A DNA stretch of 64,000 nucleotides from Candidatus Saccharimonadales bacterium (GTDB lineage: Bacteria > Patescibacteriota > Saccharimonadia > Saccharimonadales > 2-12-FULL-41-12), in NCBI GenBank assembly GCA_036276755.1, contig DASUOG010000028.1:1040-65039 (forward strand), in the 5' to 3' direction. The position numbers were made by a program, and so were the translations under genes. Position 1 is the first letter of the stretch. Every line of letters begins with the position of its first letter. Below the pieces are notes generated by a model. The model saw only the letters and a list, made by a program, of their open reading frames with translations, was not told the DNA's origin and did no database searches. Shown here piece by piece: positions 37,749-47,084 of this stretch.

Positions 37749-40700
37749 ATGGTTACAGGGGCGAAATTCAAATGCCACTTACAGTCATTGATAACCCTAT
37801 TGGCAGGAATTGTGTTCGTAAGTGCTTTTTTATTATTAGCGACCTCTGTTAATGCGGCTTCCGGCATCAATCAGCGAATGAATTTCCAGGGACGATTACT
37901 AAATGCCCAGGGAGCAACCGTACCAGATGGATTTTACAATATACAGTTTAAGATCTATCAGGACGGTGACGGCCAAACCGCTGGAAATACCACCGGTACG
38001 CCGGCCGGTGCATTGAAATGGACCGAAGATTACCTTAATGCAAATGGCGATGGAATCCAGGTAAAGAACGGTTTTCTATCTGTTGAACTTGGTTCGATCA
38101 GTCCGTTCGGCTCCAGCATAGACTGGAATCAGGATACTTTATGGCTATCGATGAATATCGGCGGGACCGGAGCTGCATGTACCCCATTCTCAAACTGTAG
38201 TCCTGACGGAGAAATGTTGCCTATGAAACGACTTACTTCTACGCCCTACTCTCTTAATTCCGGCCTTTTGGGCGGGCTTTCCAGCTCACAATATGTACAA
38301 TTCGCACAAGGCGTACAAACCGATTCTTCCAGTAATAACAGCCTTTATATAAACAAAACCGGATCCGGGAACCTGGTGGTCCTGCAGTCTTCCGGTGTTG
38401 AGTCCTTTGTCATCGATAATGCCGGCGACGTCGCATTCGGAGCCAACTCCGACCATACTATCTCGGTCACGACAGCCGCTGCCGGTTTGGCCGGACGTTC
38501 GCTGAGTATAGTAAGCGGCGATGCTGCGGCCGGCAGTAATTTAGCCGGTGGTAATCTTATACTTCAAGGCGGGGCCGGTGACGGGGCCGGTGCTAGTGGC
38601 AGCGTCATCGTACGGTCCAATACGACCAATTCTGCTGCTGCTTTTCAGGTACAGGATTCGGCCGGTGCGACCGTAGTTAACGTGGATACAGCTACCGCTA
38701 CCGCTGCCATCGGTAATAGTACCAGCCAGGGTTCTTTGGCCGTTCATGACGGCAACGGACAGACTACTACCCTTCGGGCCGGGGACTCCACCGGCGACCT
38801 CGTCTTTACATTGCCCGTCAGTACCGCCGCCCAAGCCGGCGATTGCTTAAAAGACACCAGCGGTACCGGCACGCTCGGTTTTGCTGACTGTGCTGATCTC
38901 ACGCTTCAAGATTCGTATAACTTATCTGTCGGTGGGACGACGCCGGAGATAAAGGTAGACACTACCCGAGGCGCTTTAGACATCCAGGATGCCGACACGC
39001 CGACTGGCGGCACGCTTCTGGCCGTCCGTCTCAGCGATGACGGCGGAGGCCTCGGCGATACTATCCTTGACGTGGATGTGAACGGCGTTGGTCTCGGTCA
39101 CAGCAGTGCGCTGGACGGCACACTACTATTTAGAAACGCCAATAACACCAATGTTGTTACCCTAAAAAGCGGCGCGACCAGCAGCAGCTATAGCATTACC
39201 CTGCCGCCCGCTTTGAGCGGCAGCGGAGCGTGTTTGGTCGATACCGACGGAAACGGCACGCTCGGCTTCAGCAGCTGTGATGGTGCCAACGCCTATGTTC
39301 AAGGCGGTAACAGCTTCGGTGCTACAGCAGTGCTCGGTACGACCGACCCCAACAGTCTGTCGTTTATTACCGACAGCAATACGGTGCTTAGCCTAAGCGG
39401 CGTTAACGGAGCGGCGACATTCCAGAACAGTGATGATTCTTCAAGCGCCCTGAGGGTCTCAAACGCCGGCGGCAACAGCGTACTCACGGTAGATACTGCC
39501 GACGGGTTGGTTCTGTTTGGTTCGCCCGGTAATGTCGACGGCAAGTTAATCGTCGCCAATGCCACTAACACCAATACCGTTACTATATCCTCTGTTGCTC
39601 CCAGCACAAACCAGTCCATCCTGCTGCCGAACCTCAGCGGTACTTTGTGTCTTAGTAGCGGTAACTGTGCCGGACTTGGCGGCAATGGTGATATTCTCCA
39701 AGGTGGCAACAACTTCGGTACCGATATGGTTATAGGTACTAACGATCCTTTCAATGTTAGCGTGGAAACAGACGGTCAAACCCGCCTGACAGTCGATACC
39801 GCCGGGGATGTCGGTATCGGCGGGACCAGTTCAGGCAGCCGGTTGTCAGTATCAAGCGCCATCGATAATATAGGCGCATTCACAGTGGTATTAACAGACG
39901 ATTTTGACGCGAACATCGATAGCACGCAATGGACCGCCACCGGCTCTACTGTCGCTGACACTTCATGCGACAGCGATTCGGGTAATTCTCTACGATTTGA
40001 AGGCAGCACCCGTCAAGCCGAAACGATTGACGTCGACGTATCAAGCGGCGGCACCGTATCGTTCTACATTTACAGCCCGAATAACGGCACCGGTAACTGT
40101 CAGGAGGCGGAAGCCAATGAGGATCTATTCTTAGAGTATTCTACCAACAACGGTGCTAACTGGACGACCATAGCTAGCTATCAGGCCGATATCGACCCGA
40201 TGGTTCAGGTCAACGAAACCATACCGGCTGGTGCAGAGACCAGCGACACCCGTTTCCGCTGGCGCCAGAGTTCCTTCAGTAGCGGTAATGACCATTGGGC
40301 CATCGACACGGTCATGGTCGCCGCCTTCACCGGCCAAGGTGACGGGGCTTTAAGCGACGATTTCGACCCATCCCGCGACGCTACCCAATGGTCTTCGACC
40401 AACAACGCTACCGCCGATACCGTCTGTGGCGGTAGCGGCAGTGTTTCCGGCAACGCCCTGCGTTTTGACGGCGCAGGCCAGCGCGATACCACTTCTAACA
40501 ACATTGACTCCTCGGGCGGCGGATTGATCTCATTTTACCTGTACTCGCCGACCGGTGGCGGTACGGGCTGTGAGCAACCGGACGCCGGTGAGAATATGGT
40601 GCTCGAATACTCGACAAACGCCGGCGGCAACTGGACGACGATTAATACCTATACTCCATCGGCAAATCCCATTACCGAGATCAATGTATTAATTCCGTCC

Positions 40701-41903
40701 GGCGCACAAGCTGCCTCCACGCTTTTCCGCTGGCGCCAAGCTACCCACTCTGGAAGTGGATTCGATAACTGGTCCATCGACAATGTATCCATCACAGTCA
40801 ATACCCCGCCCGGTGAAATCGGCTCTACCATTTATGCCTATAATAGTTCGTCGGATGTGACCGATCTGTTACGGTTGGCGTCGGATTTCGGTGGTGTTGA
40901 AAGTATAAAATTCCGGGTAGAGTCGAACGGTGACGTTTATGCCGACGGCACCTTCTTCGGGGCTGGCGGGGTCACTACGGGTTCAGCCGACCTGGCCGAG
41001 GTTTATCGCAACTATGATCGGGCTAAACCGGGCGATGTCGTCGTCTTTACCGACCCTTACAGCGTGGTCAAATCTGCCAGCCCGGGCCAGCCGGGACTGG
41101 CAGGCGTAGTATCGACGCGGCCGGGTTTCACACTTAATGCCGACGAAGAGGGTGTCCCGGTCGCACTCTCCGGTCGCGTACCGGTGAAGGTCAGTGTAGA
41201 AAATGGTGCAATTCAAAAAGGTGATTACCTGACCAGCGGACCGAACGGTAGGGCTCAAAAGGCCACCGGTGCCGGACCGACTATCGGCATTGCTCTTCAA
41301 AATGCGACCCATGACGGCAAAATCGAAGTGTTTGTCCATCTTGGCTATTACGATCCGGTGGATGAAGCCATTTCTCAAGGCGACGTGTTGTTGATGCTTC
41401 AATCATCCGATCTAGCCGTTGCGCAATTGAACGTCAGCGGCCAAGCCTCAATCGGTTCACTCCAGGTTTCCGAAAACGCCTACGTCGGTGGCAAACTTAC
41501 AGTCCGCACTGCACACATCGCTTTCACGCTTACTCTCGGTAGCCATATAGTCAGTCAGAGCGAGGCCGTTACTCCTGAGGCGCTCGCGGCGCTCGGTTAC
41601 GAAGATAAAGCACCTGAAGATGCGGTCAAATCCGACGGTACCGATACGGCCGGCAATCTCAATTTCACGACCGGACCGACACCGGCCGATGGCAAGTTGT
41701 TGAAGATTACCTTCCATACTCCTTATGAAAGTAAACCGCGGGTCATCCTGGAAGCCAACAACGCCCATAGCGCCGCTTTGCAGACATTTGTCACTAAAAC
41801 AGATGACGGCTTCATCCTGCATTCGATTACCCCGCCCCAAGCTGATAAGACCTACTCCTTCGACTATATAATCATCGGCAGCGAAGTCGTCAAAAATCCC
41901 TAA
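37749..41903 (+). CDS. giant (1384 aa) secreted surface protein: Gly/Thr/Ser-rich repeats, two jelly-roll (reelin-subrepeat/MAM-like) modules, a beta-barrel domain and an H-type-lectin-like C-terminus
   Basis: Signal peptide (LLATSVNA|AS). Internal duplication DDFD...QW...LRF.G...SFY.YSP...C...LEYSTN.G.NWTTI...FRWRQ...W.ID.V at 39897-40320 and 40356-40795. The C-terminus ITFHTPYESKPRVILEA...DGFIL...YSFDYIIIG resembles the H_lectin pattern (ITFxxPYxxxPxVxL...GF...YSxxW/YIxI). Confidence 0.75.
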   Translation: MVTGAKFKCHLQSLITLLAGIVFVSAFLLLATSVNAASGINQRMNFQGRLLNAQGATVPDGFYNIQFKIYQDGDGQTAGNTTGTPAGALKWTEDYLNANGDGIQVKNGFLSVELGSISPFGSSIDWNQDTLWLSMNIGGTGAACTPFSNCSPDGEMLPMKRLTSTPYSLNSGLLGGLSSSQYVQFAQGVQTDSSSNNSLYINKTGSGNLVVLQSSGVESFVIDNAGDVAFGANSDHTISVTTAAAGLAGRSLSIVSGDAAAGSNLAGGNLILQGGAGDGAGASGSVIVRSNTTNSAAAFQVQDSAGATVVNVDTATATAAIGNSTSQGSLAVHDGNGQTTTLRAGDSTGDLVFTLPVSTAAQAGDCLKDTSGTGTLGFADCADLTLQDSYNLSVGGTTPEIKVDTTRGALDIQDADTPTGGTLLAVRLSDDGGGLGDTILDVDVNGVGLGHSSALDGTLLFRNANNTNVVTLKSGATSSSYSITLPPALSGSGACLVDTDGNGTLGFSSCDGANAYVQGGNSFGATAVLGTTDPNSLSFITDSNTVLSLSGVNGAATFQNSDDSSSALRVSNAGGNSVLTVDTADGLVLFGSPGNVDGKLIVANATNTNTVTISSVAPSTNQSILLPNLSGTLCLSSGNCAGLGGNGDILQGGNNFGTDMVIGTNDPFNVSVETDGQTRLTVDTAGDVGIGGTSSGSRLSVSSAIDNIGAFTVVLTDDFDANIDSTQWTATGSTVADTSCDSDSGNSLRFEGSTRQAETIDVDVSSGGTVSFYIYSPNNGTGNCQEAEANEDLFLEYSTNNGANWTTIASYQADIDPMVQVNETIPAGAETSDTRFRWRQSSFSSGNDHWAIDTVMVAAFTGQGDGALSDDFDPSRDATQWSSTNNATADTVCGGSGSVSGNALRFDGAGQRDTTSNNIDSSGGGLISFYLYSPTGGGTGCEQPDAGENMVLEYSTNAGGNWTTINTYTPSANPITEINVLIPSGAQAASTLFRWRQATHSGSGFDNWSIDNVSITVNTPPGEIGSTIYAYNSSSDVTDLLRLASDFGGVESIKFRVESNGDVYADGTFFGAGGVTTGSADLAEVYRNYDRAKPGDVVVFTDPYSVVKSASPGQPGLAGVVSTRPGFTLNADEEGVPVALSGRVPVKVSVENGAIQKGDYLTSGPNGRAQKATGAGPTIGIALQNATHDGKIEVFVHLGYYDPVDEAISQGDVLLMLQSSDLAVAQLNVSGQASIGSLQVSENAYVGGKLTVRTAHIAFTLTLGSHIVSQSEAVTPEALAALGYEDKAPEDAVKSDGTDTAGNLNFTTGPTPADGKLLKITFHTPYESKPRVILEANNAHSAALQTFVTKTDDGFILHSITPPQADKTYSFDYIIIGSEVVKNP

Positions 41904-41906
41904 GGC

Positions 41907-42413
41907 TCAGCGCGGTTGCGTCTGGTAGTCCTTGATCGAAGCCGAGACCTGTGAATCTTCTTTGAGGTTTTCGAAGAATAAAATCTGATCGCGGCTGATG
42001 ACCATTTCGTCCACCGGGCCATGGATTTCTTCTCCAAGTTTTATGAGCTGGACACCTGATGTTTGTTGATCGCTGGTCTGTTGCGGATTCTGAGAGTTTC
42101 TGTTTGCCGATTGCGTCTGCAGGTAATAAATATCGCTCAATCGCATATATTCCGCATTAACGGTGGCCAATTTGCCGAAATAGACCTGCCCGTTAGTCAA
42201 AAAGACCGCCTGATACTTATTATCGTCAATCGTCTCGGCGGTTGTTGTCGGTCGAAAAGCGAACCATGCGCCTACTAAAGCGCCGACAATAATGACAATC
42301 GCTACGATGGATACGAGCCGTTTCTTTTTTAAAAACCGCTTGCGACGCGGGGCCGACTTTCCATTACTGTTGGCAGATTGGCCTGAGCTATTCACACTTA
42401 TCGGTATGTTCAC
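41907..42413 (-). CDS. hypothetical single-pass membrane protein
   Basis: ORF track. Basic N-terminus plus TM (LVSIVAIVIIVGALVGAWFAF). Convergent with the giant gene, with a 3-nt gap. Confidence 0.5.
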   Translation of the reverse strand: MNIPISVNSSGQSANSNGKSAPRRKRFLKKKRLVSIVAIVIIVGALVGAWFAFRPTTTAETIDDNKYQAVFLTNGQVYFGKLATVNAEYMRLSDIYYLQTQSANRNSQNPQQTSDQQTSGVQLIKLGEEIHGPVDEMVISRDQILFFENLKEDSQVSASIKDYQTQPR

Positions 42414-42479
42414 CTCTGTTTTCTCCGAAAACCTTATCCTTTATTAAAATAAATCATAGCATAAAAAGTTTTAACTACG

Positions 42480-42998
42480 CTATTTAACTAACATATCCCC
42501 TATCACCACGCCGGACTGTTTGTAGTAAAAACAGGTCACGGTAACGGCCCATTTACCGACCGGCGCTGAATTATATACTGGCCAGTCCCAGCTTACGACA
42601 CCGAACTCATCAACTTTTTTATCGATCAGAGCGGAGTTTTTATACTCTACGTCTTTGTCATTTTTATCTTTGTAGCTGACCTTTATCTTGCATTCCGACT
42701 TAGGGTTGGTTTTGACAGTTATCGACGCCTCTGAGCCCCGTTTGACCGGTGAGGTAATGGTCTGGACGACAACGCTTTCCTTAGCCTTGGGTGAAAGCTT
42801 TGGCGGTTCTATCACCGGCGGGGATGGCGGCTCCGGCAAAGGAACCGATTGCTCGGTATTTTGCTGGTTGTCCGCATATCTTATATACAATATTCCAGCC
42901 ACCACCAGAAATAAAAGCAGCACCATGGCACTTAAGAAAATCTTCAAGGCCGTTCTAATGTATTTTTTTGTCACTTTCTCCGGGTTCCTTTGTTTCAC
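42480..42998 (-). CDS. hypothetical single-pass membrane protein with a small beta-rich ectodomain
   Basis: TM (IFLSAMVLLLFLVVAGILYI), a Pro-rich linker, and a roughly 100-aa C-terminal domain with 2 Cys. Confidence 0.5.
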   Translation of the reverse strand: MKQRNPEKVTKKYIRTALKIFLSAMVLLLFLVVAGILYIRYADNQQNTEQSVPLPEPPSPPVIEPPKLSPKAKESVVVQTITSPVKRGSEASITVKTNPKSECKIKVSYKDKNDKDVEYKNSALIDKKVDEFGVVSWDWPVYNSAPVGKWAVTVTCFYYKQSGVVIGDMLVK

Positions 42999-43102
42999 CC
43001 CATTTTATGTGCGTCTTATCATAGCACGCCCCTTCTTTGGAATTATAGTTAAGAAAGTTATAATTTCCATGACGTGCCATCAAGATACGAAAGAAACCCT
43101 AA

Positions 43103-44182
43103 ATGAGCCTAGGCATAGGCATAATCGGATTGCCGAACGTTGGGAAATCCACCTTCTTCAATGCGCTTACCGGCAATAAAATATTGGCTGCTAACTACCC
43201 CTTCGCCACTATCGAGCCGAACACCGGCATTGTAGGGGTTCCCGATTCACGGCTCCAGCGGTTGGCGGAGTTGTACGGTTCAAAAAAGATTGTTCCGGCC
43301 ACCGTAACCTTTGTAGACATCGCCGGTTTGGTCAAAGGAGCCAGCGAAGGCGAAGGTCTGGGCAATCAATTCTTGGGTCACATCCGCAGCACAAATGCCA
43401 TTTGCCACGTCGTGCGCGCATTCAATGACAACAATGTAGCGCACGTCGATGAACAACGTGACCCGAAAAAAGATATAGAAACGATCAATACCGAGCTGGT
43501 ATTGGCTGATCTGCAAACTACGGACAAACGTCTGGCCAAGCTGGAAAAGGAAGCCAAGGCAAACCCTAAATTACAGCCTGTCTTAGAAGAAATCAAAAAA
43601 GCAAGGACCATCTTAGACGGCGGAACGCCGTTGAACCACGCAGACCAGGAAATAAGCCAGGAATTGATAGCCGATTTGCAACTCACTACCGCAAAACCGG
43701 TAATCTATGTATTCAACGTCGATGAGCAAACACTGGCCGACGATAAAAGAAAAGCCGGCCTGCAAGAGCTCGTCGGCAATGCCAAAACGATCTTCGTCTG
43801 CGCCAAACTGGAAGAAGAATTACAGGGCTTATCCAAAGCCGATGCCGAGGAACTGCTCTTAACTTACGGTGTTGATCAGCCAGGCTTGGATAAGGCCATC
43901 CATAGCGCTTATGAGACACTTGGCCTGCAAAGTTTTCTGACCGCCGGGGAAAAGGAAACCAGAGCCTGGACCGTCCACAAAGGTTCGACCGCGCCGCAAG
44001 CTGCCGGCGTGATCCATTCCGATTTCGAGCGGGGGTTCATCGCCGCTCAGGTAGTAAATTACACCGATTTAATAGCAGCAGGCTCGATTGCGAACGCCAA
44101 AGCCGCTGGTAAAGTACGTACCGAAGGCAAGGACTACGTAATGCAACCTGATGACGTAGTAGAATTCCGGTTCAATACCTAA
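43103..44182 (+). CDS. ychF: redox-regulated ATPase YchF (Obg-like GTPase family)
   Basis: GIIGLPNVGKSTFFNALT, FVDIAGLVKGAS, and a C-terminal TGS-like DFERGFI..AEV-type motif (HSDFERGFIAAQV). Confidence 0.92.
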   Translation: MSLGIGIIGLPNVGKSTFFNALTGNKILAANYPFATIEPNTGIVGVPDSRLQRLAELYGSKKIVPATVTFVDIAGLVKGASEGEGLGNQFLGHIRSTNAICHVVRAFNDNNVAHVDEQRDPKKDIETINTELVLADLQTTDKRLAKLEKEAKANPKLQPVLEEIKKARTILDGGTPLNHADQEISQELIADLQLTTAKPVIYVFNVDEQTLADDKRKAGLQELVGNAKTIFVCAKLEEELQGLSKADAEELLLTYGVDQPGLDKAIHSAYETLGLQSFLTAGEKETRAWTVHKGSTAPQAAGVIHSDFERGFIAAQVVNYTDLIAAGSIANAKAAGKVRTEGKDYVMQPDDVVEFRFNT

Positions 44183-44188
44183 CTTTAC

Positions 44189-44228
44189 GGGAGCGCGGAA
44201 TGAATCCGATGCTTCAGCCGCACTTCCC
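44189..44228 (+). repeat. intergenic GC-rich hairpin element with core GGAATGAATCCGATGCT (copy A)
   Basis: Starts 7 nt after the ychF stop. GGGAGCGCGG...CCGCACTTCCC imperfect stem. The 17-nt core recurs in the same gene-relative orientation after the rnj stop (54501-54522, minus). Confidence 0.5.
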
Positions 44229-44263
44229 AGTCCTTTATCATCCTGTTAGACTATTAATTAAGA

Positions 44264-45031
44264 ATGAATGCGCTTGATGTAGTTGGGTTGGAAAAGACCT
44301 ATGGTAATAAAACGAAGGCGCTTCAGGGCATCGATTTGGAAATCCCTGAAGGATCCTTCTTTGGTTTGCTCGGTCCTAACGGCGCAGGCAAATCAACGCT
44401 TATACATTGCATTATGGGCCTGGCAGTCCCGACCGCCGGTCAGGCTTCGGTCTTCGGCCACGATATAATTACCGATTATCAAGAAGCGCGGGCGCAGATA
44501 GGACTAGCGCCGCAAGAAATTAACCTGGACTGGTTTTTAACCGTCGAGGAAACCCTGGACTTTCACGGCGGCTATTATAGGATGCGCAAAAAAGAACGAC
44601 AAAAACGCATCAAGGAACTCCTAAAAGATTTCTCGCTTACCGATAAGCGCAAGGACAGAAGCATGTTCTTATCAGGCGGAATGAAACGCCGAGTGGTGCT
44701 GGCGAGAGCCTTGATGCACCGGCCGAAAATGCTAATTCTGGATGAACCGACGGCCGGAGTGGATGTAGAGCTGCGTCTGGAGCTATGGAAATACATGAAG
44801 AAAATCAACGAAGCCGGTACGACCATCCTGCTTACCACGCATTATATCGAGGAAGCCGAGCAACTCTGCGACAATATTGCGCTTATCAGCAAAGGCAAGA
44901 TCATCCAGACCGGTACTGCCGAGAGTTTGAAAAAGCATTACAAGCAAAAAACACTTGAGGACGTGTACCTGAAAGTAGTCGGACGCAGCGAGCTTACCCG
45001 CAGCAGCCTGCAAACCGGAGAGATAAAATGA
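44264..45031 (+). CDS. ABC transporter ATP-binding protein
   Basis: Walker A GPNGAGKST, signature LSGGMKRR, Walker B ILDEPTAGVD. Confidence 0.92.
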   Translation: MNALDVVGLEKTYGNKTKALQGIDLEIPEGSFFGLLGPNGAGKSTLIHCIMGLAVPTAGQASVFGHDIITDYQEARAQIGLAPQEINLDWFLTVEETLDFHGGYYRMRKKERQKRIKELLKDFSLTDKRKDRSMFLSGGMKRRVVLARALMHRPKMLILDEPTAGVDVELRLELWKYMKKINEAGTTILLTTHYIEEAEQLCDNIALISKGKIIQTGTAESLKKHYKQKTLEDVYLKVVGRSELTRSSLQTGEIK

Positions 45032-45810
45032 CGGAGCGGTTTATCATACGCTGGCTGCCGTTCTGGACCGTACTCCGCCGCGAGCTTTCCCGTTTCTGGA
45101 GCATCAAACGCCAGACTATCTTCGGACCGCTTTTAGAAACATACCTTTACATCAGCATCTTCGGTGCGGCCCTGGGCAGCCGAATCAACGAACTGGACGG
45201 CCACCGCTACATAATCTTTATAGTACCGGGACTCATAATGATGAGTTTTGCCATAAATATATTCATTAACAATTCCTTTTCGATACTCCAGCAGAAGCTG
45301 CAGCGTGCGATCGACGATCAATTGGCCTCGCCGGTCTCCAATACCGAATTGCTTGCCGCATTCGGGTTAGGAGGATTCATCCGCGCTACGATAGTATCCG
45401 GCATTGCCCTTATAACTGCAAAGATCCTGTTACCGGACCTGCCGATAGCCCACCCGGTAATGTTTACGCTCAGCTTTATTTTCATCGGATTGTTCTTTGC
45501 CATGGCCGGAGTTCTCGTGGGTTTGCGGGCGGAAAAGTTCGATGATATAAGCCTTTATCAAAATTTCATACTGCAGCCGCTGATATTCTTAGGCGGGGTA
45601 TTTTATTCAGCCAGTTTGCTGCCGGGTATATTTGAAACGCTGACCAGGTTCAACCCGGTTTATTACATGATAAGCACTCTTAGGTACTCGATGTTGGGTG
45701 ATACCGATATTAACCCGAATATCAGTCTGACAATTATAGCCGTCGTCGGATTGTTGCTTTTTGGGCTGAATTACCGGCTGTTCAAAAGCGGCTATAAATT
45801 GCGGGCCTAG
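45028..45810 (+). CDS. ABC-2 type transporter permease
   Basis: Six hydrophobic helices, 4-nt overlap with the ATPase gene, size and topology of the ABC-2 family. Confidence 0.8.
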   Translation: MTERFIIRWLPFWTVLRRELSRFWSIKRQTIFGPLLETYLYISIFGAALGSRINELDGHRYIIFIVPGLIMMSFAINIFINNSFSILQQKLQRAIDDQLASPVSNTELLAAFGLGGFIRATIVSGIALITAKILLPDLPIAHPVMFTLSFIFIGLFFAMAGVLVGLRAEKFDDISLYQNFILQPLIFLGGVFYSASLLPGIFETLTRFNPVYYMISTLRYSMLGDTDINPNISLTIIAVVGLLLFGLNYRLFKSGYKLRA

Positions 45811-45816
45811 GGCGTA

Positions 45817-46764
45817 TTATCGGCTCTCGATAGCTTTGGTAATCGCGGTAACCTGCTTGAGATTGCCGCCTTCGCTCATGATTACCAAAACATAGCTGCG
45901 CTGGCCATGGGTTACTATACCGGCATCATGGGCAACGGCCTGCATCTCGCCGATTTTGACGGCTGTCCTACAGTCACCGCAACCCGGAGTGATGCCTTTT
46001 TTAAGGATCTGCTGGTACAGCGCATCAAATACGAATCTGCGTGCATTATCGCTAAGCATCTGTCCTTTTTTCAGCCTTATGAAAAATTCTCCGATATCGG
46101 CGGCCGTGGCTTCTCTTCCCTTGTTCTTGGTAATCATGGTGTTTTTATAGCCGTTTTTTTCGGCAAGATCATTTATATATTCCCACCCTATGTAATCGCC
46201 CAGGGTCTCGCCGCAGGCACTATCTGAACTCCTTAGCATCTCATAGATACAAGTCTCGATGTTTGTACCGTCATCCATCCAGGTATAAGCCCATTTTTCA
46301 TACGGCAGTTTGCTTTCCAACGCTTCTAAAAGGAATAATTTATAGAGACTGCCCGCCGCAAAAACATGGTCAGTGTTGATGCTTACCGTACTACTGCTTT
46401 TTAAATCATATAGGAAAACAGACCAGTTCTGCGTTTCGGGGAAAGTAGCTAACTTATCGCTTATCAAATCTTTTAATTCTTCGTTTTCTTTTCTGATTTC
46501 CGGTAGAGCCTTCTTATCCGATTCAGGCTCTGCCTGCGCTACACTGTCAACGTCGATGGTTTGGCGGCTTTGTAGCGCACCTATATGCTTGATGGCTGGA
46601 ATTGCCAGGTTAGTCACAGTAAAAAAACCACCGCCCACTACAAGCAAGGTGCTTGCGTGCAGTGCCATGGCCCGAAAACGGTTCTTACGAAAAATGACAC
46701 CATAACGATGATGAAAGTATGTACTTCGGCCGGTATTGAAGAATTTTGATTTGTATTTAAACAT
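45817..46764 (-). CDS. membrane-anchored serine hydrolase, class A beta-lactamase-related
   Basis: N-terminal TM. SxxK motif (AAGSLYKLF), SDS at the SDN position (LRSSDSACG), KIG at the KTG position (AVKIGEM). Confidence 0.6.
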   Translation of the reverse strand: MFKYKSKFFNTGRSTYFHHRYGVIFRKNRFRAMALHASTLLVVGGGFFTVTNLAIPAIKHIGALQSRQTIDVDSVAQAEPESDKKALPEIRKENEELKDLISDKLATFPETQNWSVFLYDLKSSSTVSINTDHVFAAGSLYKLFLLEALESKLPYEKWAYTWMDDGTNIETCIYEMLRSSDSACGETLGDYIGWEYINDLAEKNGYKNTMITKNKGREATAADIGEFFIRLKKGQMLSDNARRFVFDALYQQILKKGITPGCGDCRTAVKIGEMQAVAHDAGIVTHGQRSYVLVIMSEGGNLKQVTAITKAIESR

Positions 46765-46772
46765 TTTTATTT

Positions 46773-46838
46773 AAAAGAGCCTGTAGAAAAACATCAGGCC
46801 CGTGCAGCGGACCAAAACATTTTCTGCCAGGCTCTTTT
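46773..46838. other. long inverted repeat (11-bp arms AAAAGAGCCTG / CAGGCTCTTTT, 44-nt loop) in a 320-nt intergenic gap
   Basis: Read directly. It lies 9 nt upstream of the start of 45817-46764 on the minus strand and is flanked by T/A runs on both strands. Confidence 0.45.
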
Positions 46839-47084
46839 CTGTTTGTTGTTTTAGCGTTTTGTTTCGTTTTTAGCAACCGAGGTCGCCATGCTTAACTTAA
46901 CAGCAAGGAAAAACGTACGCAAGACTAATTTTTTGTGCACAAAATCCACACGATTGAGTAATTATTTATATTTTCTTCGTATACTACTGTATAGAGATTC
47001 ATTTATAACAAATATACTGTTTTCAGGTGTTATTCCAATCTGTGGATAACTTATTGTACTCTAATAGATGTTCAAATAATGTAT

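Noticed and set aside
46888-47049. 53-codon plus-strand ORF (MLNLTARKNVRK...) in the 320-nt intergenic gap
   Set aside because: It is AT-rich with a noncoding-like composition, has no RBS and is below any reasonable confidence. The region is reported as noncoding instead.
46942-47049. oriC assignment based on DnaA boxes
   Set aside because: There is only one perfect 9-mer and two degenerate boxes, and no dnaA/dnaN nearby. I cannot compute GC skew here. It is kept only as a low-interest observation.
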